From Methanothrix sp. (lineage in GTDB: Archaea > Halobacteriota > Methanosarcinia > Methanotrichales > Methanotrichaceae), in contig JBAXWY010000005.1 in NCBI GenBank assembly GCA_037128175.1, positions 40,945-104,944 of the forward strand: a DNA stretch of 64,000 nt. Direction: 5' to 3'. Shown here one piece after another: positions 31,051-39,924 of this stretch (position 1 is its first letter; every line of letters begins with the position of its first letter). A program made the translations under genes and the position numbers. Below the pieces are notes generated by a model. The model saw only the letters and a list, made by a program, of their open reading frames with translations. It had not been told where the DNA came from and ran no database searches.

Positions 31051-32211
31051 TTATTCGCAGATCATTGCTTCATACGTCGGATCGCTTTGAAGCGGCAGAT
31101 CGCAACTGGAGAGAACATCGATCCACCCTAATGCGGCAAGATTGCGAATGGCAACTGCCGCAGCCAGTTCATCCAGCGGTGGCTTTCGCCTCTGCTTCCA
31201 TTTCATAACCGCATCCAGAACTTCTCGCTCCGTTGGCGTGGCGTCCTTAAGCTCCTTTACATCCCCGGCTGCAAAGTGAACCGTTGCCGCAATCTCCGAT
31301 TGAATGGTGGAAGTTCGTAGCAAAAGGTCTGCAACCTTTTCCATGGCAGGCCTCCATTTTTCCAGATCTTCCTGCACCTTTGGCAAGATATCTCTGTATG
31401 CGGCCCCGGTTCGGAGGACGAACATCCTGTCCACCTGCTCTTCTCGAATCAGGTCGCTATTTATGAGCCTGGTAAGAACATTGCCTTTCAGCTCCTCTGC
31501 AAACGGCCCGAAGCTGGAGCGGCGATAGGTCAGGCCAGTGGGTATTCCTAGTGCTGTGGCAAAGTAGGCGATCTTCTGGAACCGGGTCCTTCCTACCGGG
31601 TAATGGTATTGCTCACGCTCGATCATCTCCAGAATGGCAACCAATGCCACCCAGGCAGAGCTTAGCTTTTCCGGAGGCACAGGAGGCACGGGAACGGGAC
31701 CGTTAATGCCCACGGGTGCATCAGCCAGACCCATTACCGAAAGGGCCTGGTCAATGGTCGCACTGGATGGAATGTAAAGCTCTACGGGAATCTCAAATCG
31801 GCTCAAATGCTCATAGAGTACAGGCAGCACAACTCTCCAGTCCAACTGTCCCAACTGGCATCCCAGAGACGGCACGGCGATTGATGTGATCCCCCAACCC
31901 TTATAATGCATCTCAAGATAACGAAGTCCCTGGATTATATCATCAAGGCGAGATACGGACCGCCAGTGGCCTTTTGTAGGGAAGTTGAGGATATTATGCG
32001 ATTCAAATTGCGGGAATAGGTAGGGCTCACCCAGTCGGACCTGTCCTTTTTTGCACCGCCGGACGTAATCCTTATACATGCCTGGGAACCGGTTTTTAAA
32101 CTCCAGAGCCAAGCCCTTGCCCATAATGCCGACACAATTCACGGTATTAACCAGCGTCTGGGCTCTGGATTGAAATATATCTCCTTTTATGACCTTTACT
32201 CGATTCCGCAT
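31051..32211 (-). CDS. darG: DarG antitoxin (macro domain DNA ADP-ribosyl glycohydrolase)
   Basis: GDIF..LVNTVNCVGIMGKGLALEFK, NFPTK.HWR, SIAVPSLGCQLGQLDW; C-terminal DarG domain; 12 bp downstream of darT. Confidence 0.9.
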   Translation of the reverse strand: MRNRVKVIKGDIFQSRAQTLVNTVNCVGIMGKGLALEFKNRFPGMYKDYVRRCKKGQVRLGEPYLFPQFESHNILNFPTKGHWRSVSRLDDIIQGLRYLEMHYKGWGITSIAVPSLGCQLGQLDWRVVLPVLYEHLSRFEIPVELYIPSSATIDQALSVMGLADAPVGINGPVPVPPVPPEKLSSAWVALVAILEMIEREQYHYPVGRTRFQKIAYFATALGIPTGLTYRRSSFGPFAEELKGNVLTRLINSDLIREEQVDRMFVLRTGAAYRDILPKVQEDLEKWRPAMEKVADLLLRTSTIQSEIAATVHFAAGDVKELKDATPTEREVLDAVMKWKQRRKPPLDELAAAVAIRNLAALGWIDVLSSCDLPLQSDPTYEAMICE

Positions 32212-32223
32212 AGCTGAAACGTC

Positions 32224-32844
32224 CTACTTGAAGAATAGATATGTATCTACTACTACATTTATACTTAGTCCTGCGTCGCTGAGTCTTTTATCAAGCAATG
32301 TCTTGCTCTCTTGACATGACACATACGCTTTATTTATATACTTAGGATCTACTTTATCCAAAACCAGCACCTCTGCGCACTTGATAGAGACATGCTCGTA
32401 TTTTTCAATGGGATCTGGTTGATTCCAGTATCTGGCAAAGACTCTGTCTTTATCTACCATCAAAAGCCCATCCGGTATATGCGCGAAGCGAGCGTAATCA
32501 CTTGAAGCATTACGATCGCTGACAACTACTCCTGGTAGATCAATCACCTCAGGGCTGATGCTCAGAACGCAAATTTCGGTGTATCCGCAACTGAATGCAA
32601 GTTTGAACAACATGGGATTTCTGCCGCAGATATACAGATTCACATAGTCGTGCAAAGCTTTGCCCTGCGGAAGGGATTTGGTTTTCCGCTTTTTTTGGAC
32701 AACCTCCGAGGCAACTGATTTATGGGGGAGCCTCGTAGATAGAGCATTGGAGAGAATTCCTCTTTGAATAATTGAGATGATATTATCAAAATGGACGATG
32801 TAATGCAGTTCCGCAAGGTCTTCACGCCTCATGCCCATCCTCAT
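32224..32844 (-). CDS. darT: DarT toxin (DUF4433 ssDNA ADP-ribosyltransferase)
   Basis: LHYIVHFDNI.SI..GILS, LHDYVNLY..RNPML, SDRNA, catalytic AEVLV. Confidence 0.9.
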   Translation of the reverse strand: MRMGMRREDLAELHYIVHFDNIISIIQRGILSNALSTRLPHKSVASEVVQKKRKTKSLPQGKALHDYVNLYICGRNPMLFKLAFSCGYTEICVLSISPEVIDLPGVVVSDRNASSDYARFAHIPDGLLMVDKDRVFARYWNQPDPIEKYEHVSIKCAEVLVLDKVDPKYINKAYVSCQESKTLLDKRLSDAGLSINVVVDTYLFFK

Positions 32845-32918
32845 CCAGTAATTTTTTCAAATTGAATCTCTCATAAATTCTCGAACTCTTAAATATTGTC
32901 CTCGGCGGATGCAAATAG

Positions 32919-33051
32919 TTTGGCTCTTCGCTATTTCCAGTAGCTAACCTGAGTTTATCTTTTCCAGTTTTTAGTTCGTCTCTGTGCGTCCTCTGTGAGC
33001 TCTGTGTCTCTGTGGTGAAAACGTCGTTAGACGCTGGTTGTAGCCAAATGG
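32919..33051 (-). mobile_element. MITE-like dispersed element, copy B
   Basis: Reverse complement of 27307-27430; short terminal inverted repeat tttggct/agccaaa. Confidence 0.75.
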
Positions 33052-33129
33052 TTACAAACTCCCATCATAGTGGAATGGATTTATGTCATTTCCTACTCGA
33101 CATGATGATCTGCGAGCCGCTGCTGTCCC

Positions 33130-33255
33130 TCAAACCTGCCAGATCTCTCGCGGCATATTGGTGAGGCTCACGGCTCCGCCCGGCGTGGTCAAGAAGGTGT
33201 CCTCTATTCCCAGCACACCCTTGTCAGGATAGATTATCTTGGGCTCGATGGCAAC
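33130..33255 (-). pseudogene. Orphan 3' fragment of an M24 (Xaa-Pro) peptidase gene
   Basis: Manual translation VAIEPKIIYPDKGVLGIEDTFLTTPGGAVSLTNMPREIWQV* matches the M24 C-terminal EP...G..IED motif; no upstream coding part. Confidence 0.78.
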
Positions 33256-33517
33256 TCAAGTTGGACTAATAATCTCTCGAGAGATATTAGCCACATGAGA
33301 TGACGCAGTGTGACCCAAGAGCAGATCATAAATGGGAAAACAATATATACATCCTCGAATACATGCTTAAGTTAAAGTATTAGATGGATGATTTATGGGC
33401 TGCAGAGGGAGAAGATGGCTCAGCCGGGAGCCGGGCGCAAAGATTAATGGAGCGAAACTTTCAACACCCTATTGCGAAGAAAGCTGCTAACTCATGAGAT
33501 GCGAGTGGAGGTAACCT

Positions 33518-36500
33518 TTGTACATTAAAGAGGTCGAACTCAAAAACTTCAAGTCATTCGGCAAGAGCGTCAGGGTTCCTCTGAAGAACGATTTTGTGAC
33601 CGTTACCGGGCCCAACGGTAGCGGCAAGTCCAATATCGTTGATGCTCTGCTCTTTGCCCTTTGCCTGTCCAGCTCGCGGGCCATGCGCGCGGAGAGGTTG
33701 CCCGACCTCATCTACCGGGGCGATAACGGCAAGAATCCGGACTTTGCCCAGGTTACTGTTAAACTGGACAATACCAGCCGCCTCTTTCCCCTGGATCAAG
33801 ATATCATTGAGGTGTCCAGGAAGATAAAGGTCAAAGGCGACAAATATGCTTCTTCTTATTATTTTAATGGAAAGTCCTGCGGCCAGGGTGAACTACAGGA
33901 TTTGCTGGCCAAGGCAGGCATAACCCCGGAGAGCTACAACATTGTCATGCAGGGCGATGTGACGCGCATCATCGAGATGACTCCAGTCGATCGCAGAAAG
34001 ATCATAGATGAGATTGCCGGCGTCGCCGAGTTTGATGAAAAGAAGAAGAAGGCCATGGAAGAGCTGGATGTGGTGCGAGAGCGCATTGGTCGCGTCGATG
34101 TGATTTTAGAGGAGGTTGCCTCCCAGCTCGCCCGGCTTAAGGCGGAGCGCGACCGGGCCCATTCTTACCAGGCGCACCGGGAGGAGCTCAAGAGACAGGA
34201 GGCTTTTCTGCTCCTGGCCAGGCTAAGAGAAGCATCAACGGAGCTGGCAAGCCTTGATGAAGAGATCAATTCTCTTGATGTCAAGAATCAGACACTTCTG
34301 GAAAGGTCGGCTGGCAAGAAAACTGAGCTTTCAACACTTGATGAGAAGCTGCGATCCATTAGCTCGGAGATCACCCACAAAGGAGAGGATGAGCAGATCT
34401 CTGTTAAACGCAGGATCGAGGAGCTGAAAGGGGAAATCTCCCGTGAAGCGGCTCGCATCGAGATGACGGAAAAGGCCATATCTGAGATGGATGGGCAACA
34501 GAAGACCTGCTTCATTCAGACGGGGAACCTCTGTGCGGAAACTGAATCTTTAGCCGAAAAGATAAGGGACGCAAGTCTACGCGGCGCCAGCCTGCGAGGG
34601 GAACTGGATGATCAGATAGAGCTTCTGGGAGTGGCACAGTCCAGCCTGTCCCAGGCGGATGCCAAGTTCTCCCTGCTGCGGGATGATCTGGCCCGCGTCC
34701 GGCAGATTCGGGAAGAGTCCAAAACGAAGCTAGGCGACCTGGTACGGGACAGGGACCGGCTGCTTGATGCCACGAGGCGGGGCGGCTTGGAAAGGGAAGA
34801 GCTTTCCTCCGGCATCAAAGAGGCACTTGACACCCTGGCAGGCCTCGATCATGAGACGGAGAAGCTGAAAGTGGAGTTGGCTGCCTTGAACAGTCAGGCC
34901 ATGGTCATGGAGCGGGACCGTGATGACCTGGAGAGCCTGCGCCTGCGGCTTCGCCGGGAGATCTCTGAGGCGGAAAGAGAGATGCAAAGGCTGCAGGGAG
35001 AGTTTGCCAAGAGCGACGGGCGGATGAGGGCTGCCGAGGACAAGGCCGGATACAGCCGGGCGGTGGAGGCGATTCGCTCTGCTATCAAGAGGCAGATGTT
35101 GCAGGGCCTTTACGGAACCATTGCGGAGCTTGGCAACGTGGCATCGCGCTACTCTTCGGCTCTTGAGGTGGCGGCGGGAGCGCGCCTGCAGAGCATTGTG
35201 GCCGACAATGATCTGGATGCCTCTGCTGCCATTGAGTACCTGAAGAGGTCGCAGATCGGTCGGGCCACCTTTTTGCCTTTGAACAAGCTGGACAAAGGCA
35301 GCCTCTCCACCCGGCCTAATCATGCGGGTGTGGTGGATTATGCCCTCAATCTGGTGGACTATGATGCCAAGTACCTGGCCGCATTCTGGTACGTCTTCCG
35401 GGATACCCTGGTAGTAGAGAGCCTGGTTTTTGCCCGTCCGCTCATGGGCCGGTATCGTATGGTCACCTTGGAAGGGGACCTGGTGGAGAAGTCCGGAGCC
35501 ATGACCGGCGGCCACTATCGCTCCAAGATGAAGTTTGCGGCAGAAGAGAAGACGAAGCTTTTGGAGCTGTCCGAGAAGATCGCCAATGCGGAAAGCGATC
35601 GCACCACAAGGCTCGATAAGCTGGATAGAATCGAAGAGCAGATCTCCCGCCTCTCTCGTGAGGTGGAGGATCTGAATCGGGTTATATCCAAGAAGACCTT
35701 CCAGATAGACGAAATCGTCTCTTCGAGACCGCGCCTGGATAAGTCCATTTTAGAGAAGCGAGAGCGTCTGCTGGCCATGGAAGGCGAGTCTTTAAGCTTC
35801 AAGGAACAGCTTGGCCTTCTGGAAGGCGAGATCAGGGTCTCAGAAGAAACATTAGCTGATGTGCAGCAGAAGATCGACAAATTGGATGGCGAGCTGAAGG
35901 GCTCGGAAATTCCCGGACTGAACAAAAAGACGGATGCTGCCAGTTTGGAGATCAAGCGTCTGCAGGAAAGGCTTAATGGCATTGATGCCGAGATTCTCAA
36001 GGACAAGATCCGAGAGGAAGGCGGCAGAGAGAAGCTGGCCGAGCTTGCAGCAAGAAGAGAATCACTGGACGGCCAAAAGGCGGAGGCGCTGGCCAAAAAA
36101 GATACTGCAGCCGCGCTTATCGTGGGCCTTAATAAGTTGCTCGCACTCTCCCAGGCACGCGAGGCGGAGATTGAGGGAGAGCTGCACGGCCTGAAAGGGG
36201 TGCGTGGAGAGCTTCTGGAAAAGACGCTGGCCCTGCAAAGAGAGATAGATCTGGCGGAGAGGGAGGGGGACAGAATCGAGGCCCGCAAGAATGCCACGAT
36301 CTCTGCCCGAGAATCCATCTTTTACAAAGTCAATGATTTACGCATGCAAATTGAGGGCTCGGGCGTTGACTCCTTTGAGGAGCCGCCCAATCGCGAGACG
36401 GTGGCCGAGAAGATCAAAGCTCTGGAAAAGGCCATGCGGGATCTGGAGCCGGTGAACATGCTGGCCATCCAGGAGTATGACCATGTCAAGACCCGCTACG

Positions 36501-37033
36501 ACTTCCTGGCAGAGAGGAGGGCTACTCTCTCCAGCGAACGGGAAGCGATCATCGACAAGCTGGAAAAATATGATCTGATGAAGAGGGAGGCATTCCTGGC
36601 CAGCTTCACTGAGATCAACAAGAACTTCAATCAGATCTTCCGGGAGCTTTCCAACGGCGAAGGCGATCTGATCCTGGAAAATCTAGACGACCCACTGGCG
36701 GCAGGCATGACCATCAAGGCTCGACCTGCCGGCAAGTCCTTCCATCGCCTGGAGGCCATGTCCGGCGGGGAGAAGAGCCTTACTGCCCTCTCATTTATCT
36801 TCTCTATTCAGATGTACCGGCCTGCCCCCTTCTATGCCATGGATGAGATCGACATGTTCCTGGATGGTGCCAATGTGGAGCGGGTGGCCAAATTAATCAA
36901 GAAGATCTCTTCCAAGGCCCAGTTCATAGTAGTGTCCTTACGTAAGCCCATGATACTGCAGTCCAAGTACACATTGGGAGTGACCATGCAGGAGAACAAC
37001 ATCACCACCGTGACCGGCATCTGCACAAGCTGA
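33518..37033 (+). CDS. smc: Chromosome segregation protein SMC
   Basis: NFKSF, GPNGSGKSN, long coiled coils, hinge (GRATFLPL), MSGGEKS, DEID. Confidence 0.97.
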   Translation: MYIKEVELKNFKSFGKSVRVPLKNDFVTVTGPNGSGKSNIVDALLFALCLSSSRAMRAERLPDLIYRGDNGKNPDFAQVTVKLDNTSRLFPLDQDIIEVSRKIKVKGDKYASSYYFNGKSCGQGELQDLLAKAGITPESYNIVMQGDVTRIIEMTPVDRRKIIDEIAGVAEFDEKKKKAMEELDVVRERIGRVDVILEEVASQLARLKAERDRAHSYQAHREELKRQEAFLLLARLREASTELASLDEEINSLDVKNQTLLERSAGKKTELSTLDEKLRSISSEITHKGEDEQISVKRRIEELKGEISREAARIEMTEKAISEMDGQQKTCFIQTGNLCAETESLAEKIRDASLRGASLRGELDDQIELLGVAQSSLSQADAKFSLLRDDLARVRQIREESKTKLGDLVRDRDRLLDATRRGGLEREELSSGIKEALDTLAGLDHETEKLKVELAALNSQAMVMERDRDDLESLRLRLRREISEAEREMQRLQGEFAKSDGRMRAAEDKAGYSRAVEAIRSAIKRQMLQGLYGTIAELGNVASRYSSALEVAAGARLQSIVADNDLDASAAIEYLKRSQIGRATFLPLNKLDKGSLSTRPNHAGVVDYALNLVDYDAKYLAAFWYVFRDTLVVESLVFARPLMGRYRMVTLEGDLVEKSGAMTGGHYRSKMKFAAEEKTKLLELSEKIANAESDRTTRLDKLDRIEEQISRLSREVEDLNRVISKKTFQIDEIVSSRPRLDKSILEKRERLLAMEGESLSFKEQLGLLEGEIRVSEETLADVQQKIDKLDGELKGSEIPGLNKKTDAASLEIKRLQERLNGIDAEILKDKIREEGGREKLAELAARRESLDGQKAEALAKKDTAAALIVGLNKLLALSQAREAEIEGELHGLKGVRGELLEKTLALQREIDLAEREGDRIEARKNATISARESIFYKVNDLRMQIEGSGVDSFEEPPNRETVAEKIKALEKAMRDLEPVNMLAIQEYDHVKTRYDFLAERRATLSSEREAIIDKLEKYDLMKREAFLASFTEINKNFNQIFRELSNGEGDLILENLDDPLAAGMTIKARPAGKSFHRLEAMSGGEKSLTALSFIFSIQMYRPAPFYAMDEIDMFLDGANVERVAKLIKKISSKAQFIVVSLRKPMILQSKYTLGVTMQENNITTVTGICTS

Positions 37034-37040
37034 GGCGAAA

Positions 37041-37706
37041 ATGAGCGACGAGGAATTCGAATTCGGTGAACCGGCCGAGGTTTTAGTGGAGCTGGCCAAG
37101 AGAGGAGAGATCGATCCCTGGGATATCGACATCGCCAAGGCCACAGAGAAGTTCTTGCAGTACATCGACTCCCTGGAGAAGAGGGATCTGCGCATTCCCG
37201 CCAGAACTCTGCTTTACGCCAGCATCCTCTTACGCATGAAGTCCGACTCCATGGAAGGGCAGAAGGAGGAGGAGCCCGAGCCGGAGATGGAGGAGATCGA
37301 AGACGAGCAGGAAGATGAGATCGAAGAGAATCTGCCTCGCCCTCCAGTGAGAAGGCTCACCAAGCGGCCTGTAACTCTGGACGAGCTGATCTCAGAGCTT
37401 AAGAAGGCAGAGATGGTGGGCAGAAGGAAGGCCATGCGAGAGAGGTGGCCAAGCGTCGAGGAAAAAGTCCTGGATGTGTCCCACGACGAGGGAATCGAGG
37501 ACAGAATCAAGGCGCTAGGACCCATCTTGGACGACATGTTCATGGAGACGAAGACCATTACCTTCCAGGATATAAACAGCAAAAACGTCAAGACTGAGGA
37601 TGGGGTTACCAACTACGTCTCACTGCTCTTCATGGCCCAGAGAAAACAGGTCTGGCTGGAGCAAGAGGAGATCTTCGGAGACCTGTTTGTGAGCAGGCAT
37701 GCGTAG
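37041..37706 (+). CDS. scpA: Segregation and condensation protein A (kleisin)
   Basis: IDPWDIDI, LLRMKS, RPVTLDEL, LEQEEIFGDL; directly after smc. Confidence 0.92.
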   Translation: MSDEEFEFGEPAEVLVELAKRGEIDPWDIDIAKATEKFLQYIDSLEKRDLRIPARTLLYASILLRMKSDSMEGQKEEEPEPEMEEIEDEQEDEIEENLPRPPVRRLTKRPVTLDELISELKKAEMVGRRKAMRERWPSVEEKVLDVSHDEGIEDRIKALGPILDDMFMETKTITFQDINSKNVKTEDGVTNYVSLLFMAQRKQVWLEQEEIFGDLFVSRHA

Positions 37707-37868
37707 TGGGGAGGAGCAGCTTCCTTAGTCATCATATCTCCGCCAATCTTTTCCGTTATCCAAGAGCAACGGCAAGGCCGGATCGCCTCGACCGCCTCCA
37801 GGCATGCGCCCGTGCGTGGGTCTTGTTTATTATTATACAATAATTATAATCGTAGAATTACGAATATA

Positions 37869-37910
37869 ACCGCAGAGACGCAGAGCGCGCGGAGGACGAA
37901 CGAACGGAGA
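37869..37910 (+). repeat. Dispersed CACAGAG-rich repeat (copy 2)
   Basis: Similar to 1616-1657, with a shared ggacgaacgaacggaga tail. Confidence 0.8.
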
Positions 37911-38176
37911 CGTCTAAGGACGAAAGCTCTCTTTTCTGGACATCGAGGTAGAAGGCAAGCCCCTGGCTTCCGGCAATCTCGGCTAAAAAGGTTATCAAGA
38001 ATGAAGCAGGCGAGGCTAGAGTGAAAGGAATTTATTGCCGCCTTGAAGGAATAACCAAAGGTCACGGCAAGCCCTCGCATGCTGCAGCCAGGGGCGCGCG
38101 CCCATGCGTGGGGGCCCGGTGGCGCATGGGGGAGCAGGGGCGACGGAGTACGCGGGCATGAGGTGTTTTCGCCGAC

Positions 38177-38341
38177 TTAAACTTCCTCTTTTTTGGATGG
38201 ATTGGCTGTGAGCTTACTAAGAATTAAAACGGTTGCTGAAGTTGCCAGATCGGAAGGCATTAAAATAATGTCTTGGGCAGATTTACTAAACTTCGTTTTC
38301 ATAAGGACGCTGTAAAGCACATTTGTATCGACGAAAATCAC
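38177..38341 (-). pseudogene. Truncated PIN-domain (VapC) toxin
   Basis: GTG start overlaps the antitoxin stop; (M)IFVDTNVLYSVL PIN signature; only 54 codons. Confidence 0.75.
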
Positions 38342-38529
38342 ATCTGGGCCTCTTCTTCAAACGTTTCAAACTCTTCCATAGAACCTTCGCCGAATGCTCC
38401 GCAGAATTTAGAGATGTCGAATTTTTTTACAGTAAGCTTCAATTTCTCTCCCTCTCTAAAGTCAACCTCTTGCAGCGGCCTTAAGACACCACGTTCATAA
38501 ACGCATTCTATGGTCTTAGATGCACTCAT
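38338..38529 (-). CDS. AF2212-like (DUF104) antitoxin
   Basis: TIECVYERGVLRPLQEVDFREGEKLKL. Confidence 0.85.
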   Translation of the reverse strand: MSASKTIECVYERGVLRPLQEVDFREGEKLKLTVKKFDISKFCGAFGEGSMEEFETFEEEAQM

Positions 38530-38582
38530 AATTTTGCCTTCTGTTTTAATGGACTCGTACCAGAAGGCAAGTCCTCTAGCAT

Positions 38583-38780
38583 CTATTCCTCCGAAAAAGT
38601 GCATTCGTCGCTATCTGCGATGTCTCTGGCTATGGCTGGATCAAGCTTGATTATTCCTTTTGTACTTCTAACCGAGTTGCCAATCTCGATATCAACCTCT
38701 TCGCCCGGCTGGAGATTAAGATCCATTAGCGGCTTTAGAACACAATTTTCGTAGATAGCCCTCGTCCTCATCTTTATCAT
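38583..38780 (-). CDS. AF2212-like (DUF104) antitoxin
   Basis: RAIYENCVLKPLMDLNLQPGEEVDIEI. Confidence 0.85.
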   Translation of the reverse strand: MIKMRTRAIYENCVLKPLMDLNLQPGEEVDIEIGNSVRSTKGIIKLDPAIARDIADSDECTFSEE

Positions 38781-38864
38781 ATCATCATTGGAATTGGAGT
38801 TATAAATGGTTTTGGAACAACTCAGAAAAAAAAAACTAGAATAACTTGGTTAAAGAATCTGCAT

Positions 38865-39153
38865 GGCAGTCATTCAAAAGCTTTTTCCCGTTTGCCGCCG
38901 CTAAGCCGTCATCGGGAGGATAATAGTAATTGACCTTGAGCCACAAGTCTCCAAATCTCATTTTAAAGTCCTGCGTTGCCGTTCCGATCTCCCTCATCAG
39001 CCCGGAGCCCCGTTCCCATGCCAGGCCCCGTTCGCTTTTGCCCCGATAATCCCCATCCTATCTTCCAGATGAGGACCGAGCTGGTCTGGGATGGCAAGAA
39101 TGACGAGTACGGCCGCCGTAGCGTGGGACGAAGGCAGGAGCGGCCTGCCCCGG
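38865..39153 (+). repeat. ~290 bp direct repeat (copy 1) containing the 5' remnant of a type III-like DNA methyltransferase
   Basis: Aligns to 39925-40213; encodes MPGPVRF.PDNPHP..QMRTELVWDGKNDEYGRR from 39018. Confidence 0.85.
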
Positions 39154-39255
39154 GCAGAAGATCGAGATCGTGGACCGCAGCCCCGGGAGTGAGGCTCTCG
39201 CCTCCGGCCAGACCACTTAACCACTTATAACCTTCATTCTCCATATGGGTCTTCT

Positions 39256-39876
39256 TCAGAGCCCGACCTTTGCCTTTATCTGGGAGACGTCTGATTCTAT
39301 TCTCATTAACCTCTCGTCAATGGTTTCTTTCATATCAGAGCGTAGCTCTCTAATCTCGTCCACAATTGTTTCACTTGATTCTCTGATATCTACACGCGTC
39401 TCCTTCAGTTCTTCACGAGTGGCTTTGATCTCGCTCTTGAGATCTTCACGCGTCTCTTTCAGTTCTTCGCGAGTGGCTTTGATCTCGCTCTTGAGATCTT
39501 CACGCGTCGCTTTCAGTTCTATCAAAATTTCTTTATTAACAACGATTAGCTCGGTGAGCTTTTCTGCTGCTACATCAAGCCTCTGATCCGTCTCGCCTCC
39601 GCCGGATACAACCTTGAAGAAACCTTCAAAATCGCCTGTTGAAGAAGAATATTCCTTCTTGATGTCGACCACATGGATTAATGTGTTTTTGATATCAAGT
39701 GCTCGGAGCAAGATCTCAAGGTCGATGCTCTCGCCTTCAGCCACCACTTTCACTCGCCCGTCCTCTAAGTTCTGTACATATCCTTTCAGCCTTAAATTCT
39801 GAGCAATGGTGACAACTCTTGCCCTGTAGCCGGACTTCTGTACCTTGCCGGAGACGTAAGCGATTAGCCTCTGCAT
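39256..39876 (-). CDS. Acylphosphatase with C-terminal coiled-coil repeat extension
   Basis: VSGKVQKSGYR, LKGYVQNLEDGRVKVVAEG; start ATG 39876; heptad tail. Confidence 0.85.
   Translation of the reverse strand: MQRLIAYVSGKVQKSGYRARVVTIAQNLRLKGYVQNLEDGRVKVVAEGESIDLEILLRALDIKNTLIHVVDIKKEYSSSTGDFEGFFKVVSGGGETDQRLDVAAEKLTELIVVNKEILIELKATREDLKSEIKATREELKETREDLKSEIKATREELKETRVDIRESSETIVDEIRELRSDMKETIDERLMRIESDVSQIKAKVGL
39393..39520. repeat. 54 bp tandem repeat (about 2.4 units) within the acylphosphatase gene
   Basis: Units start at 39393, 39447 and 39501; encodes ELKETREDLKSEIKATRE. Confidence 0.9.
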
Positions 39877-39924
39877 CACATTCCTTCGTAGCTCTCTTTT
39901 TATATAAACGTTAACCTCTTGGCA

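Noticed and set aside
33554-37195. Long antisense/alternate-frame ORFs over smc (likewise over hsdR, polC, ftsY, dph2, mtnP)
   Set aside because: Typical shadow ORFs of GC-rich coding DNA with no recognisable motifs.
38963-39244. Overlapping small ORFs at 38963-39244
   Set aside because: Explained by the decayed methyltransferase 5' fragment within the direct repeat.
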